Positions 14,607 through 29,048 of a stretch of DNA of 64,000 nt are shown here, piece by piece. The DNA comes from Eledone cirrhosa (Eukaryota). The translations under genes and the position numbers were made by a program. Each line of letters starts with the position of its first letter. Positions within the stretch are counted from its first letter, which is position 1. Below the pieces are notes generated by a model. The model had not been told where the DNA came from. It searched no databases and saw only the letters and a list, made by a program, of their open reading frames with translations. The stretch covers positions 32,116,001 through 32,180,000 of the forward strand of contig OZ024756.1 of assembly GCA_964016885.1 (NCBI GenBank), in the 5' to 3' direction.

Positions 14607-14713
<107 letters not shown>

Positions 14714-14882
14714 TTCGCTTCAAACATAGCTTTATACAATATGTATGAATATTTCGTATATTCAAAGAAATACGATTTTAGGAAACCGTAGCTATGCAAA
14801 CACCCTCTGGTGATGTCCAGCAGAAGCAAGGGGGACAACCGTCTATGCATTTCATGGTCCCTCCCACAATATTTATGTATGT

Positions 14883-14948
<66 letters not shown>

Positions 14949-15087
14949 TTTATATATATATATATATTATATATATATATATATTTATTTACGTACAGCA
15001 CGGAGCGTTTGTGCATAAACACGCACGCACGGTACTGTATTATGGCAGTATATATTTGCACATATATATATATATATACACACACAC

Positions 15088-15119
<32 letters not shown>

Positions 15120-15134
15120 TTATATATGTGTGTG

Positions 15135-15200
<66 letters not shown>

Positions 15201-15817
15201 CATGCATACGTACATACACATACATCATGCTGCAGTCTTTAATAATTTAGAACACTAGAAAATATTTCTCGATGCTAAAGTGTCGATATCGTAAGAGTGT
15301 TGTTGACTGACATGTTAGTCTACACAGTTTCACTAAATTAATTATTTATTCATTTAGCTTATGCTATTTAGCTTATTATAGAACTGACAAGAATTTAAAA
15401 TATATACATCAAATTGTCAGCAAGTTTATAACAATATTTTACTTGCAAATAATACATGGTCATCTATGGTTTTAACGCAGAATCTTTAATAATAAACAAC
15501 ATATTGATTTTGTATTTTCATAAATAGATTTTTTCATAGTTTAATTTATGAGTTTCTTCTTTCTTGTTGTATATAGTGTTATTTTGTATTGATGGTGTTG
15601 GGTGGGTTCATAACCCCTTCAGATCATATTAATTTTCGTACTGAATAATTGTTGTCATAATAAATAAAAGTCACAGTTAACAAATTACAGAAATTGTAGA
15701 CCATTTCTGATGTGATGAGAGCTATTTAAAAGAAAATGTCTACTTCAAAGAAAATTTCCCTAAGACGGAACAAGTAAATATAAATAAATATCAGTATATA
15801 TATATATATATATATAT

Positions 15818-16148
15818 ACAATATATTAACAAATGGAAACTATATTTATAAAACCATATTTATTTTATTATACATATTTCAAGGGCCACCAAGGCAAATT
15901 ATGGTGCGCTTTCATCAGATAAAATACAATACCGATTAGTTTTATAAATAAATATTGACATACCCTGAAAAAAAGACAACCTTGACGGTTAGAGATTCCT
16001 GGATATGTCAATATTTATTTATAAAACTAATCTGTATTGTATTTTATCTGATGAAAGCGCACCATAATTTGCCTTGGTGGCCCTTGAAATATGTATAATA
16101 AAATAAATATGGTTTTATAAATATAGTTTCCATTTGTTAATATATTGT
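15818..16148. mobile_element. Fold-back Penelope-like pLTR fragment
   Basis: Inverted arms 15818-15962 and 16004-16148 (~145 bp, one visible mismatch) with a ~41-nt spacer. It abuts (TA)n and each arm holds a hammerhead motif. Confidence 0.65.
16040..16105 (+). ncRNA. Type I hammerhead ribozyme motif
   Basis: tattttat CTGATGA aagcgcacca-taatttgcct-tggtggccctt GAAA tatgta TA ataaaata. A mirror copy is on the minus strand at about 15861-15926. Confidence 0.75.
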
Positions 16149-16360
16149 GTATTTACTCCAATATCTTGTTGAGTGCTTTATATCAGTTATAAAAATATTT
16201 TTAAGCTTGTTGTATCCCAACAAATTATATATAACCTCTGCATATATATACATATATATATATATATACATATGTATATGCATATATATATATATATATA
16301 TATATGCATATATATATATATAAATACATATATATATATATAAATACACACACATATAAA

Positions 16361-16417
<57 letters not shown>

Positions 16418-18020
16418 GAATATATATACATATATTTATATATATGTATATATATTTCTATATACATTTTGATTTGAACGCACACACACACATACACATA
16501 CACACAAAAACACACAAACACACACACCCGCGCACACACACACACATATATATACATATTTAAATAGGAGTTATCCGTCCGTCAAGTGTAATTCCATTAT
16601 CGGTCTGATTTAAAAACAACAACAACAACACCACCATCACCAACAACAACAACAACTACAACAACAACAACAACATCAACAACACCACGTGAAAAAGTAA
16701 AGAGGGTATGAATATGAATATGAATTAATACTATGTTACATTCAATCAGTATTTCAGTTTTCTGCAGTGTTTTCCAAAACATTGTAACTTTATTATTCAC
16801 ATAGATTATTGTTTTTACTTTTTACTTCACCCTCTGAATACTTTAATGTATGAACATAAAGAAAACAAATGAACTAAAGAACAAAGAGGGTACTGGATTA
16901 CCGTAATGGATTATGGGATATGCTCAGCTGTTTATTGAAAGTGACGAGGGGATGAAGGCCATGGAGGAATGAACAGAATAGCATTGCAATTATTTCTATA
17001 TAAATCATATTCGATTTCTTTCATAGATTGGCAGTATCGGGTGAGCATCGGATAACATACCTTCAAACATATTGCTATATTCTTTTACGTTCTGTGTTCA
17101 AATCCAACTGAGGTTAGCTGTGGCTTTTAAACTTACAGGGTCGATAAAATAAATTACCACTAGCGCCCTCTGGTCGATTTAATGGTTTCCTTGTTACCCA
17201 AAATTGTTGGCCTTGTGCTTCTAAGATTGAACGGCCCTTATGATCTGAATTCAAATCCTTACGGAGTCGATAGAATAAAGTACCAGTTACGCACTGGGGT
17301 TGATTTAATCGCCGATAATAAATTTGCTTTTTGTCCTTTCGGGGTTGATATTTAAATAACAATCTGGTATCGATTTTTATCTTCTCAATTTCTCTCCTCT
17401 TTCTATGGAAACCACCGGCTATAATCAGACTTGGAGAATTAAGGACTGAACTCAGTTTAAAATGCCACGCGGTGTATCATGACGGGATATATACGACAGC
17501 AACAGGAGTTCAGGAGTTGATGATGTCATGTTTAGAATGAAAGATGAAAGTGACGAGGGCTGTTATTGTGAGCATATGTCATGTCGTTGAACTAGTTTAC
17601 CAAATTCTTTGGATGTAGCATAAGACAGAAGTCACATTATTTATGATTACATTTGATGGACTTGAATATCTTCCGAACCAAGTATCGGGTTGTCAATGGC
17701 ATCGTATAAACTTCATTATACCTCGTGAAACTTCACAAAAGAACGTCTTTCAGAGAAATGTTATACTGAACGGACAAGTAAGGTATACCTAACAAGATGA
17801 AGCCATATTTGTTTGCACTTGATTAAAATCCATTTATAGCTTGAATTACTTTCCTCCCTATGTTGCTTCTTACTGGGTTATTTCAGGTTATCTCTTACGC
17901 GTGTACATTTAAATTCACACTCATTACCAGACAATATAACTTGAATTACAATGTCTTCGCAGAATGTCACTTGATGACAATGTAATGCGGTCAGAATATA
18001 TCTATCTATCTATCTATCTA

Positions 18021-18065
<45 letters not shown>

Positions 18066-18108
18066 ATATACTATGTTATACGCCTGCACACAGGCACAAA
18101 GACCGACA

Positions 18109-18151
<43 letters not shown>

Positions 18152-18153
<2 letters not shown>

Positions 18154-18340
18154 CGGAGGAAATGTGGTAAGGAACCAGATGGACGATAACGCACCAAAGT
18201 ACTCAATACTTAGGGTAGTAGAGTGGGCAATAGGAACGAGTAGGACCCCGACGGCTGAGCTCAAGCCGTTTCGACGGCTAATTCTGGACTGAATTAGCCG
18301 TCGAAACGGCTTGAGCTCAGTCGTCGGGGTCCTACTCGTT

Positions 18341-18345
<5 letters not shown>
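18152..18345. mobile_element. (TA)n-embedded fold-back repeat, family C (pLTR-like)
   Basis: 55-bp arms 18230-18284/18291-18345 with a 6-nt loop. Homologous islands between TA tracts lie at 44700-44795 and 60056-60235. Confidence 0.6.
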
Positions 18346-18394
<49 letters not shown>

Positions 18395-18507
18395 TAAAAT
18401 CCAGACTGCGGCGCCAAGTGGTTTCATCTTGTGGTCCCTATTCGGGATTTTACATATCTGTATACCTCATGCATTGTACTCCCATGATTAGTGGCCTGGT
18501 CGGTCCC

Positions 18508-18559
<52 letters not shown>

Positions 18560-18574
18560 ATATATATATATATA

Positions 18575-18892
18575 GGATAACAAGGTATCGTTTAAGGTAA
18601 TCCAGCAAGAGCTTGTGAGTACTCTGTTTCGAGGATAATTTTAACGTACAGCGTTGTTTGACTCAACAAGAAGTTTCCTTAGTCAGGCCGGAAGTTTAAG
18701 AAGATTCCCATGCAGGTGGTTCTCGGAGTAATAATAGTGAAAGAAGAAAGAATAACATGGTCGGCTGTACAAAAAGGGTTTATTTAACAATTGTTTTATT
18801 AATCAGGTGAGTCTAAAGGCCGCTGATCACTAGAAATTACATCACTCAACATTAATTACATTGTGTGCCTGATCAAATCATCGGAATACTGA
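18575..18892 (-). mobile_element. (TA)n-anchored repeat family E with long-stem-II hammerhead-like fold
   Basis: Homologous to 42061-42356 (-) and 43657-43828 (+). Minus strand: agtatt CCGATGA tttgatcagg...cctgattaat AAAA caattg TT. Confidence 0.6.
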
Positions 18893-19491
18893 AGTGTGTA
18901 ACACAGGGCATTGGTATTTATAGATACATCAGGGAATATAGTCATTCTCCGATGTATCTATGAATAAGGTTAACTTTGCCTTTCATCTTTACGGGGTCGA
19001 TAAAATAAAGTACCAGTAATGTACTAGGATACTTTCTGGCCTTGTGTCAAATATAGACACAATTATTCTGAAAGGTTTTGAACGTGCATCTTTTTACATA
19101 CTTAAAATTATTTCTATTTCTATTTCTATATATCCTGTGCAATTATATGAATGCTACATGACGTAGTTTGTGACCTACGAATAGAACTTAGAATTAGTTT
19201 AATTTATACAAACAAACGAAGTGTAAAGGACAGGTATGCCTCATACATAAATTCATAGAATTTAACATTGATTTAATTCATAACGTAACGTAGAAAAACA
19301 AACTAAACTAAAAAAAAAAAACACAATAAAAAAAAAAGGCTGCGGATCAATTGATTTAGATAAAATTGTCTCTAATGAGAGACACCAATTTGAATATCTA
19401 GAGGAAATTAGGTCAACAACAACAACAACAACAACAACAACAACGGCATCGTGACTGTCAGCAGAAAGAGCAACATCAGCAACAACTACAA

Positions 19492-19522
<31 letters not shown>

Positions 19523-19537
19523 AAGAAGAAGAAGAAG

Positions 19538-19575
<38 letters not shown>

Positions 19576-19754
19576 CGGCGGCGGCGGCGGCGGCATCGTG
19601 ACTGTCAGCAGAAGGAACAACATGGTCAACATAAAAATATACAGCTCGTAATTATTTGCAATGTCGCGCGTTTCCTCAGCGTGTCTGTCGGTGCGTTTGT
19701 GTGTTTCTGTATGCTCGTGTCGGTGTGTGTGTATGTGTGTGTGTATGTGTGTGT

Positions 19755-19810
<56 letters not shown>

Positions 19811-20785
19811 TGTATATATATATATACATTTATATATGTATATGTGCGTGCATAGATCGATGAAAGCTGGCAGAGACGGTCGTTTAGAAATAAAGCCTCA
19901 CTCTTCTTTATAAGAATACTTAAGTAATTTCTGCCATTAATCATGCTTTATAGATCAACAAACAGTTCTAGACTGAGAGAATCGTTAAAGTATCTGATAA
20001 AATACATTTTGGCATTTGTTTCGGCTCTTTACGTTCTGATTTCCAATCCCGCTGGGTCAAATTTGCATTTCATCCTTCCGAGGGGGTCGATAAAATAAAG
20101 GACCAGTCAAATTCTGGTAATCCAAGTATGTATCTGGTATATCAAGTATATTCTGGTATCCTTTTTCCAGAAACACTAGTGTCGAACAAAATACTTTGCG
20201 GCACTTTTTTTACGGCCCTTCTTAATATCCTGAGTTCACAACTATTTCGGATCAAATTTTGATTTCATTCTTCAGAGAGTCCATTTTTTACGGCTTTTTT
20301 TAATCTTCCGGGTTCAAATCCGGATGGTATCAAATTTTGATTTCATTTTTCTGAGAGTCCATTTTTTTACGGCTCTTCTTAATCTGAGTTCAAATCCTGC
20401 TGAAATCAAATTTTCTTTTTATTCTTCTGAGAGTCGATAAAATAAAGTACCAGTCATAGACTGGAAACCGACATAATTGGATGTAACTCTTTCTCTAAGA
20501 AGCAAGTTTTGTTTCTGTTACTCAGAGAACACAGAACACCATTTAACTGGCTGGAAGATCCTCGTAATGAAATGACACATGGCTGGAATAATTTGTTTAT
20601 ATTTTCGGTTGAATCATACTCGCATATTCGCCATATCTGTATCATCATAAAACTTTCGGAAGCGTTTGAATATATTATAAGTGCCAGTCGCTTCCCTCAT
20701 AAAATATTGGGCAGCAGTCCCCGATGAAGAAATGAAAAAAAGGAAGGAGGGAAATAAAGATTGGAAGAGAGACGGAAAGAACGAT

Positions 20786-20888
<103 letters not shown>

Positions 20889-21126
20889 GCGAAAGATAGA
20901 TAGATAGAGGGATGGATAGCTAGGTAAATATTGAAGGAATATGAAAACACCACCGCTGATGTGCCAAGCAAGGACCTTGGAAGTGTCAGAAATTGTCGCA
21001 AAGAATTTGGCAGAGAATTTGAATAGAATGTCTGTCTATATTAGTTCATACCATCGGTCTTCTATTAAATTCCTCAGTGGGCGTTAAACTTTGCCCTACA
21101 TTCATATATCTATCTATCTATCTATA

Positions 21127-21187
<61 letters not shown>

Positions 21188-21224
21188 CTATCTATCTATC
21201 TATCTATCTATTTATCTATCTATT

Positions 21225-21255
<31 letters not shown>

Positions 21256-21883
21256 CTATTTATCCATCTACCTATTCATCTATCTATCTATTTATCTATC
21301 TATTTTGTTAACTAGCCAGCTATTGATTTGCCTGTTTGTCTGTCTACATATCTCTCTCATATCATGAAAGATATCGTGATATCAAGAAGACAAGGGATCG
21401 AACTGACGAGCGTACGATCATGAAACAGAAACTTTAACCAGTAAGCCAGGCGCCTTTAACCCATAAACTATAATTTATTCAATTAAGGCCAATGATTCAC
21501 TAATTCACACTAATGTTGCAGCGCATTCATAATATGAATGAATCACTCCTTTATCTAACAGAGTTCCTGTTCAGCAAGCATTAAATCTTATTTGACGCCT
21601 TAGTTTGAGATGTTTCGGAGGATAATATTTTGTCAAGCTTAACTAATTAATAAGCGGTCAATACTACATTCTATTGCATAATAAAAATAAAGTAATGTAA
21701 TTTAATGTAATCAACACCGATGCAGCACACATCTGCAGTATAATGAGTGTATTTATCTGTTATCAGTCAACATACGCTGTTAAACATATATGTATGTGTG
21801 TATGTATGTATGTATGTATGTATGTAAAGCATGAAACTAATAAAACTTTTTGTACCTCTGTTTGTTGTCTCCTTGAAATATAT

Positions 21884-21936
<53 letters not shown>

Positions 21937-21944
<8 letters not shown>

Positions 21945-22070
21945 TAACAGATTAAAGTTTAAGCAAAGAATCGCTGCTTTCACCCTTAACGGTTCTTATA
22001 TATTTGATATATATTTATCCTTATCGAGCCCTCTTTGGATTTTAGTCTTCAAATTTATTATTATTACTAT
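21937..22070. mobile_element. (TA)n-embedded family A fragment (inverted junction)
   Basis: Two family A pieces in opposite orientation between TA tracts. Other copies: 29043-29125, 46139-46468, 46563-46810, 48725-48783, 56039-56245. Confidence 0.75.
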
Positions 22071-22139
22071 ATATATATATACATACATACTCACACAAAC
22101 AGACACACACACAAACCAACAAGGACACACGCACTCCCC

Positions 22140-22236
<97 letters not shown>

Positions 22237-23724
22237 ATATTATTTCTCAAAATATATAAGGATTACATTTTCAAGCTAGCTAGCAAGATAGAGTGAGAAA
22301 TGATATCAACACGAAACAGAAGGTGTTGTTGAAGTTGACAGGCTCTAGGTAGTTTGGGATTTGAGGATTTCACAACCCAGGCAGGCCAACAGATACAATT
22401 TAGAAATCCTGACATAATTATTTATAGACAAAGCGTCAAACGTAGATCTAAATGATGACTGTCATTTCTGCTATGAAGGACGTGACCAGCAAGGGTCAGT
22501 AATTGTTTCAAAGCAAGTCAATCCTGCTAACAAGTTAGGAAAAAATATGAAATGTCTCCGTAAATTTAGCCCACATAGTTATTGGTGCGTTGAAGGGTGT
22601 TATTAAGAGAATAGGAAGATTTCCCTAAGATAGGGGGGTAATAATTGTTTCTACTATTGGCACAAGGCCAGCAAATACCTAGTACATTACTGGTACTTTA
22701 TTTTATCGATCTCGTAAGCATGAAAGCTAAAGTTAACCTCGACGGGATTTGAATTCAGACCTAAAAGGCGTAACTATGCTAGAAAGCATGGCGTCCAACC
22801 CTCTATCGACTGGGAAAAATAATAAAATGTATTAAATCTCTCAACATTATACATACGTCTGTGATATATAAATCAGATACTATTATAACATCGTAAGACA
22901 TCGTAGCGAAAACATCGTAGAATCCAAATCCCCAATATAGTTTAGTTTCACTTAGTGCTTCAGTGGGAATTAATCAATATAAATTCGGCTATACTTAAAA
23001 TGATCAATGTAATTATTTTTTGAAGTACCCCCCGGTGTGCATTTTCATCAAGAAATCTATAAAACTATGAATAATAAGCTGTATGCAATGCTGTATATCT
23101 TCATATATTATAAAGACAGACTGAATAAAATATATTTCGTTATTTCGAGACATTAATATTGAAAATGCATGCCTAGTGTACTTAAGAATATTCATATAAA
23201 TCTCTTTAGATATTTGACTAACTTTATAGATACTGATGTACTCTACTGCTGTGGGTCTACATAACATCTGGGACATTTGAATTCCACTCAGTTTCACCGA
23301 TTTATATTTTATAGTATATTGTTTTACTCTCACGAGTATTATCTGACTGCGTTCGAATATTTTCTTATTTTAATGGCTGATAAATCCAAGGGCTGCATTC
23401 TTACAAAGACAATGCTATGTTTGCAGAAACACAGTTTATGTTTCGGTCCTGAAATATATGTTATACATTATTATATACCCAAGAGTCGGACGCTAGTCTT
23501 TGCAGCATAAAGTTACGGCCCTTTGTGATCTGAGTTCAAATTCCGCTAAAGCTAACTTTACCTTTCATCCTTCGACAAAATAAAGTACCAGTCTCGCACT
23601 GGAGTCGATTTAATCGACTTTCCCCTCCCCCATAATGGCTGGCCTTTTGCCTATATAAGAAACCATTATATACCCAAGAACACGGATTTTAATTTATTTC
23701 TTTATGTAATAATTCATATACCTC

Positions 23725-24385
23725 AGCCACCCCACCACCACTACCTCCACCACCACCACCACCACTACCACTACAACCACCACTACCACCATCAACAACC
23801 GCCACCACCACCAACATCAACAATTATCACAACAACTACAAGACCACGACCGCCTACATGCAACACCACCGGCAATAATCATTTATCAGCAAGCACCACC
23901 ACAACCGCTACTAGTATGATGACGATGACGACCACCACTAGCACCACCACCACCACCACCACCACCACCACCAGACTACCACTCTCACGACGATGACCAC
24001 CACCACCACTACCACCACCACCATCACCACTAATACCACCACCACCACACCCATTAGCAAGCACCACCACTACCACTCTCACGACGATCACCAACACCAC
24101 CGACATCACTATCGTCATCATCCCCCACAAACACCATCACCACCACCATCACCACACTCTGTAGCAAGCACCACCACTACCACTCTTACTACGACGACCA
24201 ACACCACAACCATCACCACCACCACGATCATCACCACTACCAGCACCACCACCACCGCAACCACACTCATTAGCTAGCACCACCACTACCACTCTCTCTC
24301 GACGACGACCATCACCACAAAACATCAAAACCACCAATCCCATCACCACAAACAATAACAACAACAACAACAACAATAACAAAAA
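23725..24385. repeat. Degenerate (CAC/ACC)n low-complexity tract with recurring agcaagcaccaccactaccactc unit
   Basis: Visible trinucleotide composition; produces the poly-T/H/V ORFs. Confidence 0.85.
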
Positions 24386-24876
24386 CATATACAATAACAG
24401 TCAGCTAACATCTTTGACACTTGGCAATACCATCTGTTACCATCTGATACCATCAATGGTTAATTGACTTTAGTCACGATACAACACAAACAGAAACACA
24501 AACAGAAATCATAACAGCAAAAATTAAAAAAAATGACAACAAATAGAACACCAACAATAAAGAATACCAAAAATAAAACTATTTATCACCTTTAAATGAA
24601 AACATGAAGAATTCACTCTATGTTGAAGCACGAACGAAATGTGATTTCTGTTAACTCTTCCGTTTACTATAATTCTAATGAAATACACTGTGTATATAAT
24701 TGGCAAATAACTTTGACAACAATCAAGAATTTAGTTCTATTTATCAAAATTATGCTGGTTATTGAAACATAAATTAACAAAGGTTGTTAGATGAAATTAT
24801 CGTTGAAAGTTATACATATATATATATGTATATATAACTTTCAACAATAATTTCATCTAAGAACCTTTGTTAATTT

Positions 24877-24915
<39 letters not shown>

Positions 24916-25065
24916 AAATCTTTAACTCTTTTATTACCATATTTTTAATGAAATTCATTGCCCATAATTACCAAATAATTTTGAAAATAATCAAGAATTT
25001 AGTAATATATCAAAATTATGTTCTCATATGTTCTCATATGAAATTATTATTGAAAGGTTTAGATA

Positions 25066-25250
25066 CCGTATTTCCAGGCGCCGAAGACGTTTCGTCCTCG
25101 AGGACGCACCCTAATTTTGACAACCAAAAATTAAAAAAACAAAACAAAAAAAAAAAACATAATAAACAAGCTTCGGCCTCCAGGAGGTATGGTAGCTTTT
25201 TGAGACTTATTTTAGGAAAAAAGTAGCGTCTTCGACGCCCGCAAATATGG
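25066..25250. mobile_element. Tc1/mariner-pogo-type MITE
   Basis: TA | ccgtatttccaggcgccgaagacg ... cgtcttcgacgcccgcaaatatgg | TA: about 24-bp imperfect TIRs with TA target duplication. Confidence 0.75.
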
Positions 25251-26651
25251 TATATTTAACTTTTTTAACCCTTTCATTACCATATTTCTAATGAAATGCG
25301 CTGTCTATAACTACCAAATAATTTAACAAAATAATCAAGCATTTAGTAATATAATTGTTTCTACTTTTGGCACAAGGCCAACAATTACCCAGTGCATTAC
25401 TGATACTTTATTTTATCGACCCCGTAAGGATGAAAGGCAAAGTTAACCGGCATTTATAGTAATTTTCTCTACTTTCATATACAGCAAGGTTTGCTCTTCT
25501 TTAGCCTTTCTTCCTTTTCTCATAACTTAATTTTGCTTTTATCTTTTTTTTCATATTTATATAATCACCAATGGTTTTTAAACCAACTTTGTGAATAAGA
25601 TTATTAGTTGTTTAATAAAATGTTGTAGTTTCCTTGAAGCATTGTATATAATATATAACGTTGAAAGAGACAGAAGGCTAAACAATGCAAATGGACTGTA
25701 AGATAAGATAACGAAAAGTTAAAGTAAGATACATGTTTTATTTTTTTTTATTACCAATATTATTCTGGTGCTTGAAACATAATTTAACAAAAGTTCTTAT
25801 ATGAAATTAATGTTGAAGTTTTTAGATGTTTGATGACAGTTTATGAGATGTTCCAGTCTCATTAATCCTCGTTAGGGAAGCATATTCCAGCTCATAAAAA
25901 TAAAACAGAGAATATGTAGATTTTGTGTAGAAACCTTTCACTTATTGGGAAAAGAAGCTCGTCTCCTCCTCTGAAATATCTGCAGGTAGGAATATAACAT
26001 GAATAGAGGATGTATTTTGTTTTGATGTTTGAATGTATTTAATTTCCCTTTCACTCTCTTTCCTTTTGTACTAGTTGTAGTAAAACTTGTGCAAGTTATT
26101 CTTATATGGCGTGATTCAAACAGCCATTTATCATTTCTACATTACAACAAACCCTTGTTTCCTTCTCACATATCTTTCATTCTATAGCTAGTCATAAATA
26201 TGAATAAATGAGGAGGAAAAAAAAACTCCTGGAATAATTGGCTAAAGTAGAACTACAGTAGGAATAACATCAGAAAAGTTAAAACGAAAAAACAAAAATA
26301 GTTAACAAATTAAATTTCCAAACCAGATTCAAGTAAGTCATAATTCTTATCAAACATGTTTCTAAAATGAAGATGTCTTAAATTGAATTGAAGCAATTAA
26401 CATGTCAGTAATATACAATGATGAATTAAAATGTACAGAAAATGGTAAAATATGATTCGTTGTTCTCAGAAATTACATAAAGGAACTTAGTAGTAAATTA
26501 ATTTCACGACAGGAGAGGTAGAAGTATCAAAGTTACATGCATTTGACCTTTTCAAACAATCGAACCAATTGGCAAATTTGAGAAGCATCTAAAGATAATG
26601 ATAATAATATACTAATATGAAAGTATTGTGTATTTGTCCGTCACACAGTTG

Positions 26652-27375
26652 AGATAACTGAGGAAGGAAGAGGTGATAACGTCGACTAAGGAAGAAAGGG
26701 GTGATAACGTCGACTGAGAAAGGAGTGGGTGATAACGTCGACTGATGAAGAAGGGGTGATAACGTCGACTGAAGAAGCAAGGGCTGATAATGTCGACTGA
26801 GGAAGGAAGGGTGACAACGTCAACTGATGAAGGAGGGGGTAATTACGTGGCCTAAAGGAAGGAAGGGGTGATAACGTCGACTGAGGGAGGAGGGTTGATA
26901 ACGTTGACTGATGAATGAAGGGTTGATAACGTCGACTGAGAAGAAAGGGTGATAACGTCGACTGAGGAAGGAAGGGGTGATTATGTCGACTGAGAAGGAA
27001 GGGTGATAACGTCGACTGAGGAAGGAAGGGGTGATTATGTCGACTGAGAAGGAAGGGTGGTAACGTCGACTGAGGAAGGAAGGGGTGATTATGTCGACTG
27101 AGGGAGGAAGGGGTGATTATGTCGACTGAGGAAGGAAGGGGTGATTATGTCGACTGAGAAGGAAGGGTGATAACGTCGACTGAGGAAGGAAGGGGTGATT
27201 ATGTCGACTGAGGGAGGAAGAGGTGATTATGTCGACTAAGGAAGGAATGGGTGATAACGTCGACTAAGGAAGGAGGAGTGATTACGTTGACTGAGGAAGG
27301 AGAGGGTGATTACATCGACTAAGGAAGGAAGGGGTGATTAGGTCGACTGAGGAAGGAGGGGGTGAATACATCTAC
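26652..27375. repeat. 26-28-bp minisatellite with a GTCGAC core
   Basis: Roughly 26 units of gat(aac/tat)gtcgactgag(g)aaggaagg(g)gt, with local alternation of two unit types. Confidence 0.95.
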
Positions 27376-27519
27376 AGTCAATGTTACTAGGCAACTCCCT
27401 TCTTTAAACTCGTTAGTGTGCGTATTCTGGTTAATTATTTCTCTTGTTTTTCCTCACTATATTTTCTTTTGCTTATTTAGCATTAATTTAATCATCGAGA
27501 ATAATACATGAAAACAGAA

Positions 27520-27556
<37 letters not shown>

Positions 27557-27613
27557 GCATATGTATATACATATATATATATATATACATATACATACAT
27601 ACATACACACACA

Positions 27614-27664
<51 letters not shown>

Positions 27665-27717
27665 GCATATGTATATACATATATATATATACATATACAT
27701 ACACACATACACACACA

Positions 27718-27758
<41 letters not shown>

Positions 27759-28528
27759 ACACACATATATATATATATATATATGTGCACATACATATGT
27801 ATATATATCTGTAAACTCATACTTTTCCCATGATCAGCTATTATAATGTGTTGATCTGTAGCAAACGGCGCCATTAGAAAATCTTGCCTACGGAATATAT
27901 ACGAATGTTATCGAAATATTTTATATTTGATATGATAGTTTGATTATCCTCATTATGGTGGATTCTTTTCTACTTATTTTAGCACAGGCCAGCAATTTCG
28001 GTGGGAGCATAGACGGCATTCGTTGTTTCGTTATTTTAGTGACATCAGAATGATGAAAGGCAAAACTAACCTCGGCGGTATTTGAAATGTTTGGAGTAAA
28101 TATCCTCCGTAGTCAACTTTACATTGCTTTGTTTCAGCTGGAGTTATGGTCTTCATATATATATATATACACACATATATATATATATACATATATATAT
28201 AAGCAAGAAAGTGTTGGTAAAATCCAGTACTTCAGTATGCGGATAGGGAGCACTCAACGAAGATATAAGTTACGGAGTTATAATAGTGACGAAACATAGA
28301 GTAAATTACATGAACTCATAATCCTTTATCTACTGCTATATATATTTCGATGGTAGGGTTGGTATTTGAGGTCAAATACCAACCCTACTAGCATCTACAA
28401 ACTGACCAATGAGAATTAAGATTATTCCTGCTGACAACATTAAATTATTCCTAACAAGCTCATATGTCCCAAGGCTCTGATACCATCAACACTATACACA
28501 CAGAGCTGGCATATCTAAGAACTGACTA

Positions 28529-28584
28529 ACTGCCTGATGAGGTCATAGCTACTCAATGGCTATCATCGAAATATATATAACAGT
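28529..28584 (+). ncRNA. Type I hammerhead ribozyme motif in a fold-back pLTR-like island (about 28200-28627)
   Basis: actgc CTGATGA ggtcatagc-tactcaatg-gctatcatc GAAA tatata TA acagt. The inverted diverged copy at about 28285-28356 has gcagt, which restores full stem I pairing. Confidence 0.7.
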
Positions 28585-28626
28585 AAATAAAGGAGAGTTC
28601 ATGCAATTGACTTATGTTTCGTCACT

Positions 28627-28675
<49 letters not shown>

Positions 28676-28700
28676 CACGACTAAAAGTCCATATATATAT

Positions 28701-29048
<348 letters not shown>

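Noticed and set aside
14725-14796. catagc...GAAAccgTA gctatg hammerhead-like outline
   Set aside because: The 5' core reads TTTATAC, too far from CUGANGA/UUGANAA to call without a consensus.
26652-27375. CRISPR-like array
   Set aside because: Spacers are near-identical purine runs, the context is eukaryotic and there are no cas genes.
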